This document shows positions 9,603-18,937 of a stretch of DNA of 64,000 nucleotides, piece by piece (the first letter of the stretch is position 1; the number at the start of each line of letters is the position of its first letter). Under the pieces are notes generated by a model. It did no database searches and was not told the DNA's origin. It was given only the letters and a program-made list of their open reading frames with translations. Source of the DNA: Nitrosopumilus sp. (lineage in GTDB: Archaea > Thermoproteota > Nitrososphaeria > Nitrososphaerales > Nitrosopumilaceae); assembly GCA_963662625.1 (NCBI GenBank), contig OY759726.1, positions 1,760,001 to 1,824,000 of the forward strand, written 5' to 3'. Made by a program: the position numbers and the translations under genes.

Positions 9603-10169
9603 ATGGCCGCGCCGCGAAAGCCCGTGATCGGCATAATCATGGGATCAAGCTCTGACAGCAGGGTGATGAGGGGGGCGGCGGAGGCGCTCGACGGGTTAGG
9701 CATAGCGCACGAGGACAGGATCGTCTCGGCGCACAGGACCCCGTCCATGCTGGCAGAGTACGCCGAGCACGCCGAGAGGTCCGGCTTCAAGGCCATAATA
9801 GCCGGCGCCGGCGGCGCGGCGCACCTGCCCGGGATGATCGCGTCGTTTACCGTGATACCGGTGGTAGGGGTGCCCATCATGGTCTACAACGACAGGCGGC
9901 CGGACGGGACGGGCTTTTCGGCATTCGGGGGCCTCGACTCGCTGCTGTCGATCTCCGAGATGCCGTCAGGATCCCCGGTGGCCACGGTGGGGGTCAACAA
10001 GGCGGCAAACGCCGGGATCTACGCTGCCAGGATCCTCGCCAACGGGTCGGCTCGCCTGAGGGGGCGCCTGAAGCGCATCAAGTCGGACAGGCGCGAGTCG
10101 GTGCTCGCCGAGTCCGCCGAGATGGAGTCGCAGGGGCTGGGCAAGTTCGCCCCCGCGGGTCCGGGCTGA
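9603..10169 (+). CDS. purE: N5-CAIR mutase
   Basis: IIMGSSSD, SAHRTP, AGAGGAAHLPG, GLDSLLSI. Confidence 0.97.
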   Translation: MAAPRKPVIGIIMGSSSDSRVMRGAAEALDGLGIAHEDRIVSAHRTPSMLAEYAEHAERSGFKAIIAGAGGAAHLPGMIASFTVIPVVGVPIMVYNDRRPDGTGFSAFGGLDSLLSISEMPSGSPVATVGVNKAANAGIYAARILANGSARLRGRLKRIKSDRRESVLAESAEMESQGLGKFAPAGPG

Positions 10170-10222
10170 TCACGGGCCGGGCGGGAGGCGGCACGGGCCG
10201 CGGGCGCGCCCCGCCACGCGGG

Positions 10223-11431
10223 TCACGTGAGGAGCTTGAACCGGGTGTCCCTCTTCCGCAGCGCCTCGAGCAGCGCGTCTGCCTGCTCCTTTCCGTGGGT
10301 CTCCAGGCTCAGCGTGACCGACGCCGAGCCCGCCTTTATGTCGGAGCTCAGCCTGTCGTGGATCACCTCCACGATGTTGGCGTTGGCGGCGCTGATCACG
10401 TCCACTATCTCCTTGAATGCCCCCGGCATGTCAGGCAGCAGGATCGAGATCTTGAGCAGCCTGCCCATGGCCGCCAGCCCCTTGTCGACGATCTGCCCCA
10501 GCAGGTACATGTCGATGTTTCCGCCGGCGAGTACCGCCACCACCTTCCTGCCCGGCGAGGGCTTCCGCGAGATCAGGTAGGCCAGCCCCGCCGCGCCGGC
10601 GGGCTCCACCACCACCTTCATCCTCTCCATCAGCAGGAACATCGCCTTTATGATCTCGGAGTCGTCCACCAGCACTATGTCGTCTATCAGGTCCCTGATT
10701 ATGGGAAACGTCACCTTCCCCGGCACCCGGACGGATATGCCGTCGGCGATGGTCCTGTCCCCGCCGGCGCCCCCCGGGGAGCCTGACCGCCACGACTCGT
10801 ACATCGACGGGTGCGACGCCGACTGGACGCCGACGACCCTGACGCCGGGGTGGTTCTCCTTAACTGCCAGCAGCACGCCTGCCGCCAGGCCGCCGCCGCC
10901 TATGGGCAGGTAAATCTCCTCGACGTCGGGGATCTGCTCGAGCACCTCCAGCCCTATGACGCCCTGCCCCGCGATGATCGCCGGGTCGTCAAACGCATGG
11001 ATGAGCGTGGCCCCTGTCTCCCCAGAGATCTCCCGGGCCTTGGCCGCCGCCTCCTCGTAGTTGATCCCCTCCAGGATGACGTTCGCGCCGTACCCCCTCG
11101 TCGCGGCGACCTTGGTCGGGGAGGCGTTCTTCGGCATGACTATGGTGCACGGGATGCCCTCGCGGTCTGCGGCATACGCCACCCCCTGCGCGTGGTTTCC
11201 CGCGGAGGCCGCGATGACGCCCCTGTCCCTCTCCTGCGGGCCCAGCGACACGATCTTGTTGTACGCCCCGCGGATCTTAAACGCGCCTGTCTTCTGCTGG
11301 AACTCGGCCTTCAGGTAGACGTCGGACCCGCTCAGCTCGCTGAACGCGGCGGAGTGCAACAGCGGCGTCTTCCTTACGGCGTCGGTGCGCAGCAGGCTTG
11401 CCTTCACAACGTCGTCGTACGTGGCGGCCAT
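10223..11431 (-). CDS. ilvA: Threonine dehydratase with C-terminal ACT domain
   Basis: GAFKIRGA, SAGNHAQG, PIGGGGL, GGNID. Confidence 0.95.
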   Translation of the reverse strand: MAATYDDVVKASLLRTDAVRKTPLLHSAAFSELSGSDVYLKAEFQQKTGAFKIRGAYNKIVSLGPQERDRGVIAASAGNHAQGVAYAADREGIPCTIVMPKNASPTKVAATRGYGANVILEGINYEEAAAKAREISGETGATLIHAFDDPAIIAGQGVIGLEVLEQIPDVEEIYLPIGGGGLAAGVLLAVKENHPGVRVVGVQSASHPSMYESWRSGSPGGAGGDRTIADGISVRVPGKVTFPIIRDLIDDIVLVDDSEIIKAMFLLMERMKVVVEPAGAAGLAYLISRKPSPGRKVVAVLAGGNIDMYLLGQIVDKGLAAMGRLLKISILLPDMPGAFKEIVDVISAANANIVEVIHDRLSSDIKAGSASVTLSLETHGKEQADALLEALRKRDTRFKLLT

Positions 11432-11501
11432 GGGAACCTTGCTATCCGCGCGGCATATTTGATTCATTCCATTGCGGCAGGCCCGCCCGCCTCCGGCGCC
11501 C

Positions 11502-12344
11502 TCAGCCCGCGTCGAGGGCAGAGAGGATCAGGTCCAGGTCTTCCGCGATTTTCCGCCTTACCCTGTCGGGGATCTTCCGGGAGTCGAATGCGCCCTCCCT
11601 CGACCCGTCCCTTACGAACTCCAGGTCTAGGGCCACCAGGCACCCCTCCTCGCCGGTGACCAGCCTCGCGTCGTCGATGAGCACGGGTTCCATCCGGTAT
11701 GTCTCCAGCAGCAGGGAGTCGAGCTCGTCGAACAGCGCGGCCTTCTTCACGGAGAGCCCCTCTAGGTCCGCGTCTGCGCCCCCCTCGATCTCGCCGTAGA
11801 CCCTTTCCCTCAGCTCGTCGTCCTCGTACAGTATCTCGAACAGCTTCTGGTGGTCAAAGTCCCGGTAGCCCATCTCCCTCAGCTTGGCCAGCACGAACCG
11901 GTCTCCGGCGTCGGCCATCTGCCGCTCCTTGTCCTTCGTCAGGTCTACCAGATCCGACAGCTCCTTCTGGCAGTCGACGACCCTCTGGTCGGGCCGGTAG
12001 TACAGCAGGACGTGGAACTGCACCGACATGTGCCCCGAGAGCAGGTAGTTCCCCTCCATCCTCTCGAACTTGATGAAGATCCTCCTGACGTCCTCGTTGT
12101 TGGAGGTCGACACGTCCTGGACCGCCCAGCCGTCCAGCCTCCCAGCCACCCTCCGGTAAAAGTCGCCTACGCGCGCCGGATCGAACGTCTCCTGCCCGGT
12201 GACCGTAGAGTCCCCCAGCATGACCCTGACGCCGGCGGTGCGGACGAGATCCGCGATCCGCCGGAGGTATGAGCCCTGTATCTCGTCAACCTTCCCGCCA
12301 AGATCCCGCAGGAACCCGTCGGTCGAGCCTGGAACCAGCCGCAC
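11502..12344 (-). CDS. Hypothetical protein (280 aa)
   Basis: Long ORF with genome-typical codon use; TTTAAT box upstream. Confidence 0.8.
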   Translation of the reverse strand: MRLVPGSTDGFLRDLGGKVDEIQGSYLRRIADLVRTAGVRVMLGDSTVTGQETFDPARVGDFYRRVAGRLDGWAVQDVSTSNNEDVRRIFIKFERMEGNYLLSGHMSVQFHVLLYYRPDQRVVDCQKELSDLVDLTKDKERQMADAGDRFVLAKLREMGYRDFDHQKLFEILYEDDELRERVYGEIEGGADADLEGLSVKKAALFDELDSLLLETYRMEPVLIDDARLVTGEEGCLVALDLEFVRDGSREGAFDSRKIPDRVRRKIAEDLDLILSALDAG

Positions 12345-12631
12345 GGCCTTGGTGCGCCGCCGCGGGCATTAAACCTTACAGGTGCCGTCCCGCACTGGTC
12401 CGGGCCCGCGGGCCTGGCGGCGTGCGCGGCCCCGTCCGCCCCGGGGCGGCCGCCCAGTCCGCCGCGGGATCCGGCGGTATAGCCCTTAAATATGCAGATC
12501 CCCCAGAACGTGTATGCGCATGGTTGCGGCTGGACGTGGCGGCCGCGAACTGCGCCGAAACGTATAAGGGAAGCGCGAACGGATGTTCCGGCTGATGGAC
12601 AGAACTTCCACGCGGATCGGCGGTGCCGCGA

Positions 12632-13444
12632 ATGCCTGAGGGATCCGACGACCCCGGCGGCGCCAACCAGGAAGCCCCGGCGCCGTCCTCCAACGTGATA
12701 GACGCCATGTTCGCCAAGAGGGGGACAGAGATCCTCGACTCCGATACCATGATACTGGAGACGCAGAAGAGGGTGTGGGCGGCGCTGAAGAAGGGGTACA
12801 CGTACGCCGGGATCACCGACGACTCGGAGAAGTTCCTCCGGAAGAACGTCTTTGCAAAGCTGGACATGGTGGTCCTGTACGTCGACCTGGTCGGCTCCAC
12901 CACGATGACGCTCGAGCTGCCGGTGGAGAAGCTGGCGAAGATCATCAACTCGTTCTCCCAGGAGATGGCGTCGATGATCCACCAGCACAACGGGTTCGTG
13001 CTCAAGTTCGTCGGCGACGCCGTGATAGGGTACTTTGTGGCAGGCGGGGACAAGCTGCGCGCGGCGCGCGACGGGGTCAGTTGCGCGCGGTCCATGAACA
13101 AGATCATCCAGGAGGCCATAAACCCGGTCCTTAACCAGTACGACTACCCGGACCTGATGGTAAAGATCGGGATGGACTTTGGGCAGAGCATCGTGATCCG
13201 CTACGGGTCAAACCCCTCCGCGTCCCACATAGACCTGATAGGGTCCGTCATGAACATGGCCGCGAAGATCCAGTCCATGGCAAAGCCCAACGAGATACTC
13301 ATCGGCAACGACGTCTACCGGATGCTGCACCCGGAGTACCAGGAGTCGTTCAGGGAGGTCATCATGGACGCGGAAAGGTGGAAGTACCGTTCCAGGAGGA
13401 CGGGCGAGATATACAAAGTCTACGAGCTGGTGCCTAAACGGTGA
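12632..13444 (+). CDS. Class III adenylate/guanylate cyclase domain protein
   Basis: LYVDLVGST, KFVGDAV, KIGMDFG, DLIGSVMNMAAKIQS. Confidence 0.92.
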   Translation: MPEGSDDPGGANQEAPAPSSNVIDAMFAKRGTEILDSDTMILETQKRVWAALKKGYTYAGITDDSEKFLRKNVFAKLDMVVLYVDLVGSTTMTLELPVEKLAKIINSFSQEMASMIHQHNGFVLKFVGDAVIGYFVAGGDKLRAARDGVSCARSMNKIIQEAINPVLNQYDYPDLMVKIGMDFGQSIVIRYGSNPSASHIDLIGSVMNMAAKIQSMAKPNEILIGNDVYRMLHPEYQESFREVIMDAERWKYRSRRTGEIYKVYELVPKR

Positions 13445-13580
13445 ACCTTCCGGGGCACTCTACGTGCTCGTAGTGGTGCTCGGTGAATTTTTCCTGCACG
13501 ACGTAGATCACTATCTTGTGCAGGTCCTCGTAGCTGATGGGCTTTTTGCACTTTGCGCACGTCCTCTTGGTCTGTGGCAT
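13434..13580 (-). CDS. Small zinc-binding protein (48 aa)
   Basis: MPQTKRTCAKCKKPISYEDLHKIVIYVVQEKFTEHHYEHVECPGRFTV*; TTATAA box ~25 nt upstream; convergent overlap with the cyclase. Confidence 0.75.
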   Translation of the reverse strand: MPQTKRTCAKCKKPISYEDLHKIVIYVVQEKFTEHHYEHVECPGRFTV

Positions 13581-13756
13581 TGGAATAGTTGATCCAGCAA
13601 GGAATTATAAGGATCGGCGATCAGCTCAAGTTGAGTAAAAACAACTCCGATTTTACATCCTGATTTATCAAACGCCTGAGCGCCCACGCGTGGCAGGCAC
13701 GCGGCCGCGCGCCGGCGGCCCCCTCCCGGCCCCATGGCAAGGCAAAAATAAGCCCA

Positions 13757-14158
13757 ATGCCAGGCATCAGCATGGACGACCACGTTCTGAACCACCTGAG
13801 GGGCCTCTACGGCGCGGATCCGGACGTGCCGCACGTGGCATTCCAGTTTCCAAGGCTCCCCCCCGGCCCGAGGCGGGAGTTCGACCCGGGAGCGGGCCCC
13901 GCGCTGGAGGGCATGCTGAAGGACGCCGGGGGCATCGGCGGCGGGCTCCAGGGCTTCCAGCACGCGTACCAGATGCGCGCCGCCGGACTCCTCACCGCGG
14001 GCCCCATGGTCGTACCCCCGGGACACCCGCTGTACACCCTGCGGGACTCGGTCTCCTCGCTGAGGGCCGAGAACGACAAACTGCTGAAGGAGAATGCCGA
14101 GCTGCGCAAGAGGCTCGAGGATTCCAGATCCCATTCCACGTCGGCACGCGCGCCATAA
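13757..14158 (+). CDS. Hypothetical protein with C-terminal coiled coil
   Basis: LRDSVSSLRAENDKLLKENAELRKRLE heptads. Confidence 0.65.
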   Translation: MPGISMDDHVLNHLRGLYGADPDVPHVAFQFPRLPPGPRREFDPGAGPALEGMLKDAGGIGGGLQGFQHAYQMRAAGLLTAGPMVVPPGHPLYTLRDSVSSLRAENDKLLKENAELRKRLEDSRSHSTSARAP

Positions 14159-14209
14159 GGCGGGGCAGCCCGCCCGCCCGGGGCATCCCACGCAATAGTC
14201 TGTTGAACA

Positions 14210-14385
14210 CATGATAACCACCCAGGCGTAGTTGCCCCGATGGACCGGCCCCTGGTAGCGCGTGGGCCTGGCGCCCTTTCTGTTGAATGGGGCAATCCGA
14301 GCTGCCGTGTCACTGGGCTTCGCGCCCTGATAGGTGTGTGCAGCTTCCGATCCGTCAGGCATCCGAAAGGAGGTGATAGGAAAGG
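14210..14385 (+). ncRNA. Candidate IS110 non-coding end / bridge-RNA-like region
   Basis: Two stem-internal loop-stem hairpins directly upstream of an IS110 fragment (see findings). Confidence 0.4.
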
Positions 14386-14562
14386 ATGAGAAAGACAAGC
14401 ATGGGGACAGGCATGGGGAAGAGAAAGCGCGGCGCGTGCGTGGTGGACGGGAACGGGAAGGTTCTCGAGAGGGGGCAGTACCCCAACACCCGGGACGGCG
14501 CGGCGAAGTTCGCAGGGGTGATGGCGCGCAACTGCCAGAAATTGCCGGGCCTAAACAGTTGA
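14386..14562 (+). pseudogene. IS110-family recombinase N-terminal fragment
   Basis: MRKTSMGTGMGKRKRGACVVDGNGKVLERGQYPNTRDGAAKF resembles the start of the DEDD RuvC-like domain; AGGAGGTGA SD upstream; truncated at 58 aa. Confidence 0.7.
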
Positions 14563-14646
14563 GCCCCCAGCCCAACCACGCCAAACCGAAAAGGCCTTGG
14601 ATCACGGCCGCGCACCGTCCCCGTTGGCTGCGACCGACAACGAGAA

Positions 14647-15716
14647 ATGCGCCAGGTGCGGGAGGGGCCTGGCGGTGTCGCATGGCCCCGGCTGGGGGGC
14701 GGCCTGGGGGAGGCCAACGCCGGCAAGGAGGGCGCCCCGTTCAGGTACGCCTGGGCGCTGGTCATGGCCGCCGCCGCGGTGAGGACATCGCCCGGGGCCC
14801 GGTACAGGCAGCTGTCCGGGCTCCTCGCTGGGATGCTGGGGGGCATGGCGCGCCGCACAGCCCGGTGCTGGCCAGGAGGATGGCGCGCCCCGGCGGGGGA
14901 GTCGTCCGCGTCTCCGGCGGCGGCCAGCCCATGACCCTGCTGGCCGACGCCACGGGCCTGAAGCAGTGCAACCGGGGCGAGTGGATACGGAAGAAGTGGA
15001 AGGTGAAGCGCGGGTTCGCCAGGCTGCACCTGCTGGCCGACGCCGACACGAAGAAGATGCCCGCGGCGGTGGTGACCGACGACAGGACGGGCGACTCCCC
15101 CATGCTGAAGGAGCTCCTGGGAACCGTGGTGGAGCCGCGTGGCGGGAAGCGGCAAGAGGGGAAGCCGGCGGGGAAGCAGGACAGGCGCATGGCGCTGATC
15201 CGCGGGAAGGCAGCCGCGGCGGGGGATCCCCTGCCGCGCGCGGGCTCGCCCCCGCCCAACCTCCTCGCGAGCGGCGTGGCGCCGCTCGCGCTGCAGTGCG
15301 GCCAGCCGCCCGGCTCCCGCGGGGCGCGCCTGATCGCGGACGGGGCGTGCGCGTCGCGGGACAACATGCGGAGGTGCCGCGACATGGGCGTGGGGCCTAT
15401 CATCCTGGCCAGGGTAGCGCCCGCCGCCGGGGGCAAGGGCGCCGGCGGCGCGTGGGGCGAGGCGGCTCGGGACCGGCCGGGGGGCGGCCCGGAGGCGCGC
15501 GCCGGCAGGATGGGCACGAGGGAGAGGGAGGAGAACGCCCGGTACCGGGAGGCCAGGAAGGGGTACGGCAGGAGGTGGCTGACCGGGATAACCATGTCGG
15601 CGTTCAAGGGGACGTCCGGGGACCACGCGCGCTCGCGCAGGTGGGAGAACATCGTGCAGGAGGCAAGGCCCATGGCGGCCCAGCACGACCGGTGGGCGGG
15701 GGAGGCGGGGGCGTAG
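14647..15716 (+). pseudogene. IS5-family DDE transposase, frameshifted and decayed
   Basis: NAGKEGAPFRY...YRQLSG in one frame; DATGLKQCNRGEWIRKKWKVKRGFARLHL...ADGA...GYGRRW in another. Confidence 0.85.
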
Positions 15717-15821
15717 GGACTCCAAGCGGCACGGCCTGGCCACGGCCCGGGGATCGTGCCGAGTTGTGCAACAGACTACCACGCAAGAATCCTTTATATC
15801 ACGCCGGCATGAATTCGCGGC

Positions 15822-16208
15822 ATGGGGAAGACCCCGTCGGAGAAGTGGAGCCAGATGGTCGTAAAGTACAGGAAGCAGTGCCAGTCGATACTGGCCCTGT
15901 CGAAGAACGTGCGGTACGTGGGGGTGATCAACGCGTACGGGAGGACGCTGGCCGGGATCGTCAACCCTAAGGTAAAGCCGCTGCTGGGCCCGGAGCCCGT
16001 AAAGAACGAGTTCTTCGCGATCCACATGCTGATGAACATGAGGAAGGAGTCGTCCAAGACCCTTGGCAGCCTTGGCCACATGCTGCTGCAACACAGCAAG
16101 GTCTCGATAATCGCCCTGTACAAGGGCAACGTGGTGTACTACGTCTCGGTGGATAAAAAAGAAAAGGATCTGGACCAGATCATCTCAAGCGTCAAGAAGA
16201 CGATCTAG
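15822..16208 (+). CDS. Roadblock/profilin-like small protein
   Basis: NVRYVGVINAYGRTLAG pattern typical of this thaumarchaeal family; TTTATA box upstream. Confidence 0.75.
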   Translation: MGKTPSEKWSQMVVKYRKQCQSILALSKNVRYVGVINAYGRTLAGIVNPKVKPLLGPEPVKNEFFAIHMLMNMRKESSKTLGSLGHMLLQHSKVSIIALYKGNVVYYVSVDKKEKDLDQIISSVKKTI

Positions 16209-16618
16209 GACGGGGTAAACCCGTGGTACCCGCCCGTCTGCTGGTCCTTGTCTTCGAAACTGGGCTCGAACAGCGAAACCAGATAGTCGTCCGGATCCAG
16301 CACTATGGCGTTCTTTCCGGCTTCCCTGTCCACTATGTCGCGGTAGACCTTGATGCCGTGCCCCTTCAGCTCCTCGACGGCCGACTTTACGTCACCCACC
16401 AGGAAGCCGATGGTGATCCCGTTGTCAATGGAACTGCCGATGTGTTCGGCAGTAAGCGACGCCGGATGCAGGCTCAGCAGGGCCCCCGAGGTCCCTAGGT
16501 CGATCCACGACCTGCGCTGGTTTTTTATGGGCAGGCCGATCAGCTCGTGGTAAAAGTGCATGGACCTGTCGAGGTCTTTTACGGCCAGGATCACGTTGCC
16601 GACTTTTTTGATGTTCAC
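16205..16618 (-). CDS. VOC/glyoxalase family protein
   Basis: LAVKDLDRSMHFY, DPDDYLVSL. Confidence 0.9.
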   Translation of the reverse strand: MNIKKVGNVILAVKDLDRSMHFYHELIGLPIKNQRRSWIDLGTSGALLSLHPASLTAEHIGSSIDNGITIGFLVGDVKSAVEELKGHGIKVYRDIVDREAGKNAIVLDPDDYLVSLFEPSFEDKDQQTGGYHGFTPS

Positions 16619-16958
16619 GGTATTTACTCACCCCAAGTCCGTTAAATCCTTTTCTTCCCGGATCAAGTCCCGGAAAAGGCGCCTTCCTGAAACAGGAGCG
16701 CTGGGGCGTGCGGTTCCCTGCGCCCCGGACGCGGATCCGTCCCCGTCCCGGCGGGCAGCGACGCTGGGAGGGGGGCGCCCGGAAGGCCGCGCGCAAGGCG
16801 GCGCCGGATCCCGGGAAATGCTGCCCGACGGCTGCCAGATGGTGCCCAGCCCCCGGGGCACGGGCGCTGCGGGAACGCCGGGCCGCTGCTGAGGTGCTGC
16901 CCGACGTCGCTGCGCGGGTACGTGTCGTCGGCCATGCGCGGTGGGAATGTGAGCCGGC

Positions 16959-17549
16959 ATGGATAGGAAGGAACTCAGCTCCTTCCTTGCCGTGTTCAGG
17001 GACTCCAGGTTCCACACGCCCGTGATCGTGGCGGGGTGTGTCATCATGGGCCTCCACACGTTCCACCCGCCGCTGCTCGGTGTCTCGTCGAGTTTTATAT
17101 TGATGGGGGTGGTAGGTCTAGTGATGAAGTTCACCACGAAGCAGATCACCAAGGACATCAATGATAACTTCGGGAAGGTCATCAGGGGGAACGAGGAGTT
17201 GATGGCGGAAGCCGTGGCGAATACGCGGGCCATCAACGCGCTAGGGGCTTCAATTGAGGAGTCTAATGAGCGCATCGTCAACTCGCTCGAGGCTTCGAGG
17301 AAGGAGACTGCCAGTCTCCTCAACTCGCTCGAGGCTTCGAGGAAGGAGACTGCCAGTCTCCTCAACTCGCTCGAGGCTTCGAGGAAGGAGACTGCCAGTC
17401 TCCTCAACTCGCTCGAGTCCTCCATGCGAAAAAACCACCTGGAACTAATCGAGTTCCTCAGGTCTGGGGAAAGCCCCCCAGGCGTGGCTGCGGGCGGCCC
17501 GCCCACTGGCGGGCCCGCGGCCGGAAGGGGCCAAGGCCCCGAAACGTAG
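16959..17549 (+). CDS. 2-TM membrane protein with repeat-expanded coiled coil
   Basis: Two hydrophobic helices, then NSLEASRKETASLL x3. Confidence 0.7.
   Translation: MDRKELSSFLAVFRDSRFHTPVIVAGCVIMGLHTFHPPLLGVSSSFILMGVVGLVMKFTTKQITKDINDNFGKVIRGNEELMAEAVANTRAINALGASIEESNERIVNSLEASRKETASLLNSLEASRKETASLLNSLEASRKETASLLNSLESSMRKNHLELIEFLRSGESPPGVAAGGPPTGGPAAGRGQGPET
17278..17417 (+). repeat. 42-bp perfect tandem repeat x3.3
   Basis: Unit TCAACTCGCTCGAGGCTTCGAGGAAGGAGACTGCCAGTCTCC. Confidence 0.95.
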
Positions 17550-18020
17550 ATGCGCCGGCCGGCACTTGCCGGGACTGGCCGCCAAGCGCGGCCGGAAGGG
17601 GACGAGACCGGGGGCCGCCCGGCCCCCGCCGCGGAACCGCGGCAGCCACTGCCGTCACGGCAGGACAACGGATCACCGGGGGCGGTTCCTTGGAACAGGT
17701 AGCAAAGCACGGTGGAAGGTTGGAATGTACGAGAGCCCCGTCGGGGGGAGGACGGCGGCGGAGGCATGGAACCTGCTTCCAGCAGGCGTCAATGGCGGCA
17801 GCGCCACCGCGGCGATGCGGGGCACGACGGCAAGCCGTAGCCGTCACGCCGGATGCTGGGGTTTCCGAGGGCGCTGAGATCGCGCGTGGCGGATCCTGCA
17901 ACATGTCGGATCCCTGCGGCGGCCCGGGACGCCCTAGACTGGCGGTTTTTGGCCCATCAGCAATCCCGCCCCTCGGGGTTTCTGCCAAAGCGAATGCGGG
18001 AAAAAGGCGCGGTGCCCTTG

Positions 18021-18239
18021 CTACTGCACTTCGACCATGGTCTCGGTCCGCTCCACGCCGTTGATCCTCTGTATCTGGTTGGTAATATCCTTGATTTTTG
18101 GCAGGTCGTCGACCTCTATGATGGCCACCGCGTCAAACTGGCCGCTTGTGGGAAACGAGTCGTATACCGAGTCGACCTTCCGAAGCCGCGCGGCAATGAG
18201 CTTCTTGGGTGATTTTACCAGGACTATAGCCCTTACCAA
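18021..18239 (-). CDS. Lrp/AsnC ligand-binding (RAM) domain protein
   Basis: SGQFDAVAIIE...IQRINGVERTET. Confidence 0.9.
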   Translation of the reverse strand: MVRAIVLVKSPKKLIAARLRKVDSVYDSFPTSGQFDAVAIIEVDDLPKIKDITNQIQRINGVERTETMVEVQ

Positions 18240-18481
18240 CCCATGTTCACCTCCACTTCCATCAGGGTCTCGGTGGTTACTATGTCCTTGATCCTCTTAA
18301 AGTCTATCACCATGCTGTTTATCTCGTCGATGTTGCCCTGCATTATGACGCTGATGTCGGCCCTCCCCGTGACTACCAGGATGTCCTTGACTACCTTGTG
18401 CTTCTTCCTCAATATGCGGACTACGTTGTCCACCTGGCCCGGCTTGACGCCAATCAGGCATAGCGCTCTCATGATAACCAT
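18233..18481 (-). CDS. Lrp/AsnC ligand-binding (RAM) domain protein
   Basis: VTGRADISV...IKDIVTTETL. Confidence 0.9.
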   Translation of the reverse strand: MVIMRALCLIGVKPGQVDNVVRILRKKHKVVKDILVVTGRADISVIMQGNIDEINSMVIDFKRIKDIVTTETLMEVEVNMGW

Positions 18482-18508
18482 TCGCAGTTGGATCGGATAA
18501 GTATTGCC

Positions 18509-18937
18509 TTAGTCGAAGGCTTCCTGCGAGCGGGCCTCCTCAAGGTACGCCCGCCTTTCCTCGTTCACCTTTTCCATGTCAATCGTGATATCGTCGTCCA
18601 CGATTACGATCCCGACGTCGTCGATCGGCTCTTCTGCAACCTTCTTGGCCTTCGGCTTTGTTTTCGGCCTTGCGTTGGACTTCGGCCTTGCATTGGACTT
18701 CGGCCTTGCATTGGACTTCGGCCTTGCATTGGACTTCGGCCTTGCATTGGACTTCGGCCTTGCATTGGACTTCGGCCTTGCATTGGACTTCGGCCTTGCA
18801 TTGGACTTCGGCCTTGCATTGGACTTCGGCCTTGCATTGGACTTCGGCCTTGCATTGGACTTCGGCTTGGCTGTCTTTTTTGCTGTCTTTGACCCGCTTG
18901 CTTTGGGTTTGCCCGTCTTCTTGGTTGCGTCAACCAT
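18509..18937 (-). CDS. Lys/Arg-rich, histone H1-like protein with acidic C-terminus
   Basis: PKSNAR x11, then EEPIDDVGIVIVDDDITID. Confidence 0.8.
   Translation of the reverse strand: MVDATKKTGKPKASGSKTAKKTAKPKSNARPKSNARPKSNARPKSNARPKSNARPKSNARPKSNARPKSNARPKSNARPKSNARPKSNARPKTKPKAKKVAEEPIDDVGIVIVDDDITIDMEKVNEERRAYLEEARSQEAFD
18663..18866. repeat. 18-bp tandem repeat x11
   Basis: Unit TTCGGCCTTGCATTGGAC; one copy has a single substitution. Confidence 0.97.

Larger units (their letters stand above)
14196..15778 (+). mobile_element. Degenerate IS5-family insertion sequence with TIRs and 8-bp TSD
   Basis: Left TAGTCTGTTGAACA vs right (revcomp) TAGTCTGTTGCACA; flanking direct repeat CCACGCAA at 14188-14195 and 15779-15786. 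Confidence 0.85.

Noticed and set aside
17278-18866. Tandem repeats as possible CRISPR arrays
   Set aside because: No unique spacers, unit lengths are multiples of 3 inside ORFs, and there are no cas genes
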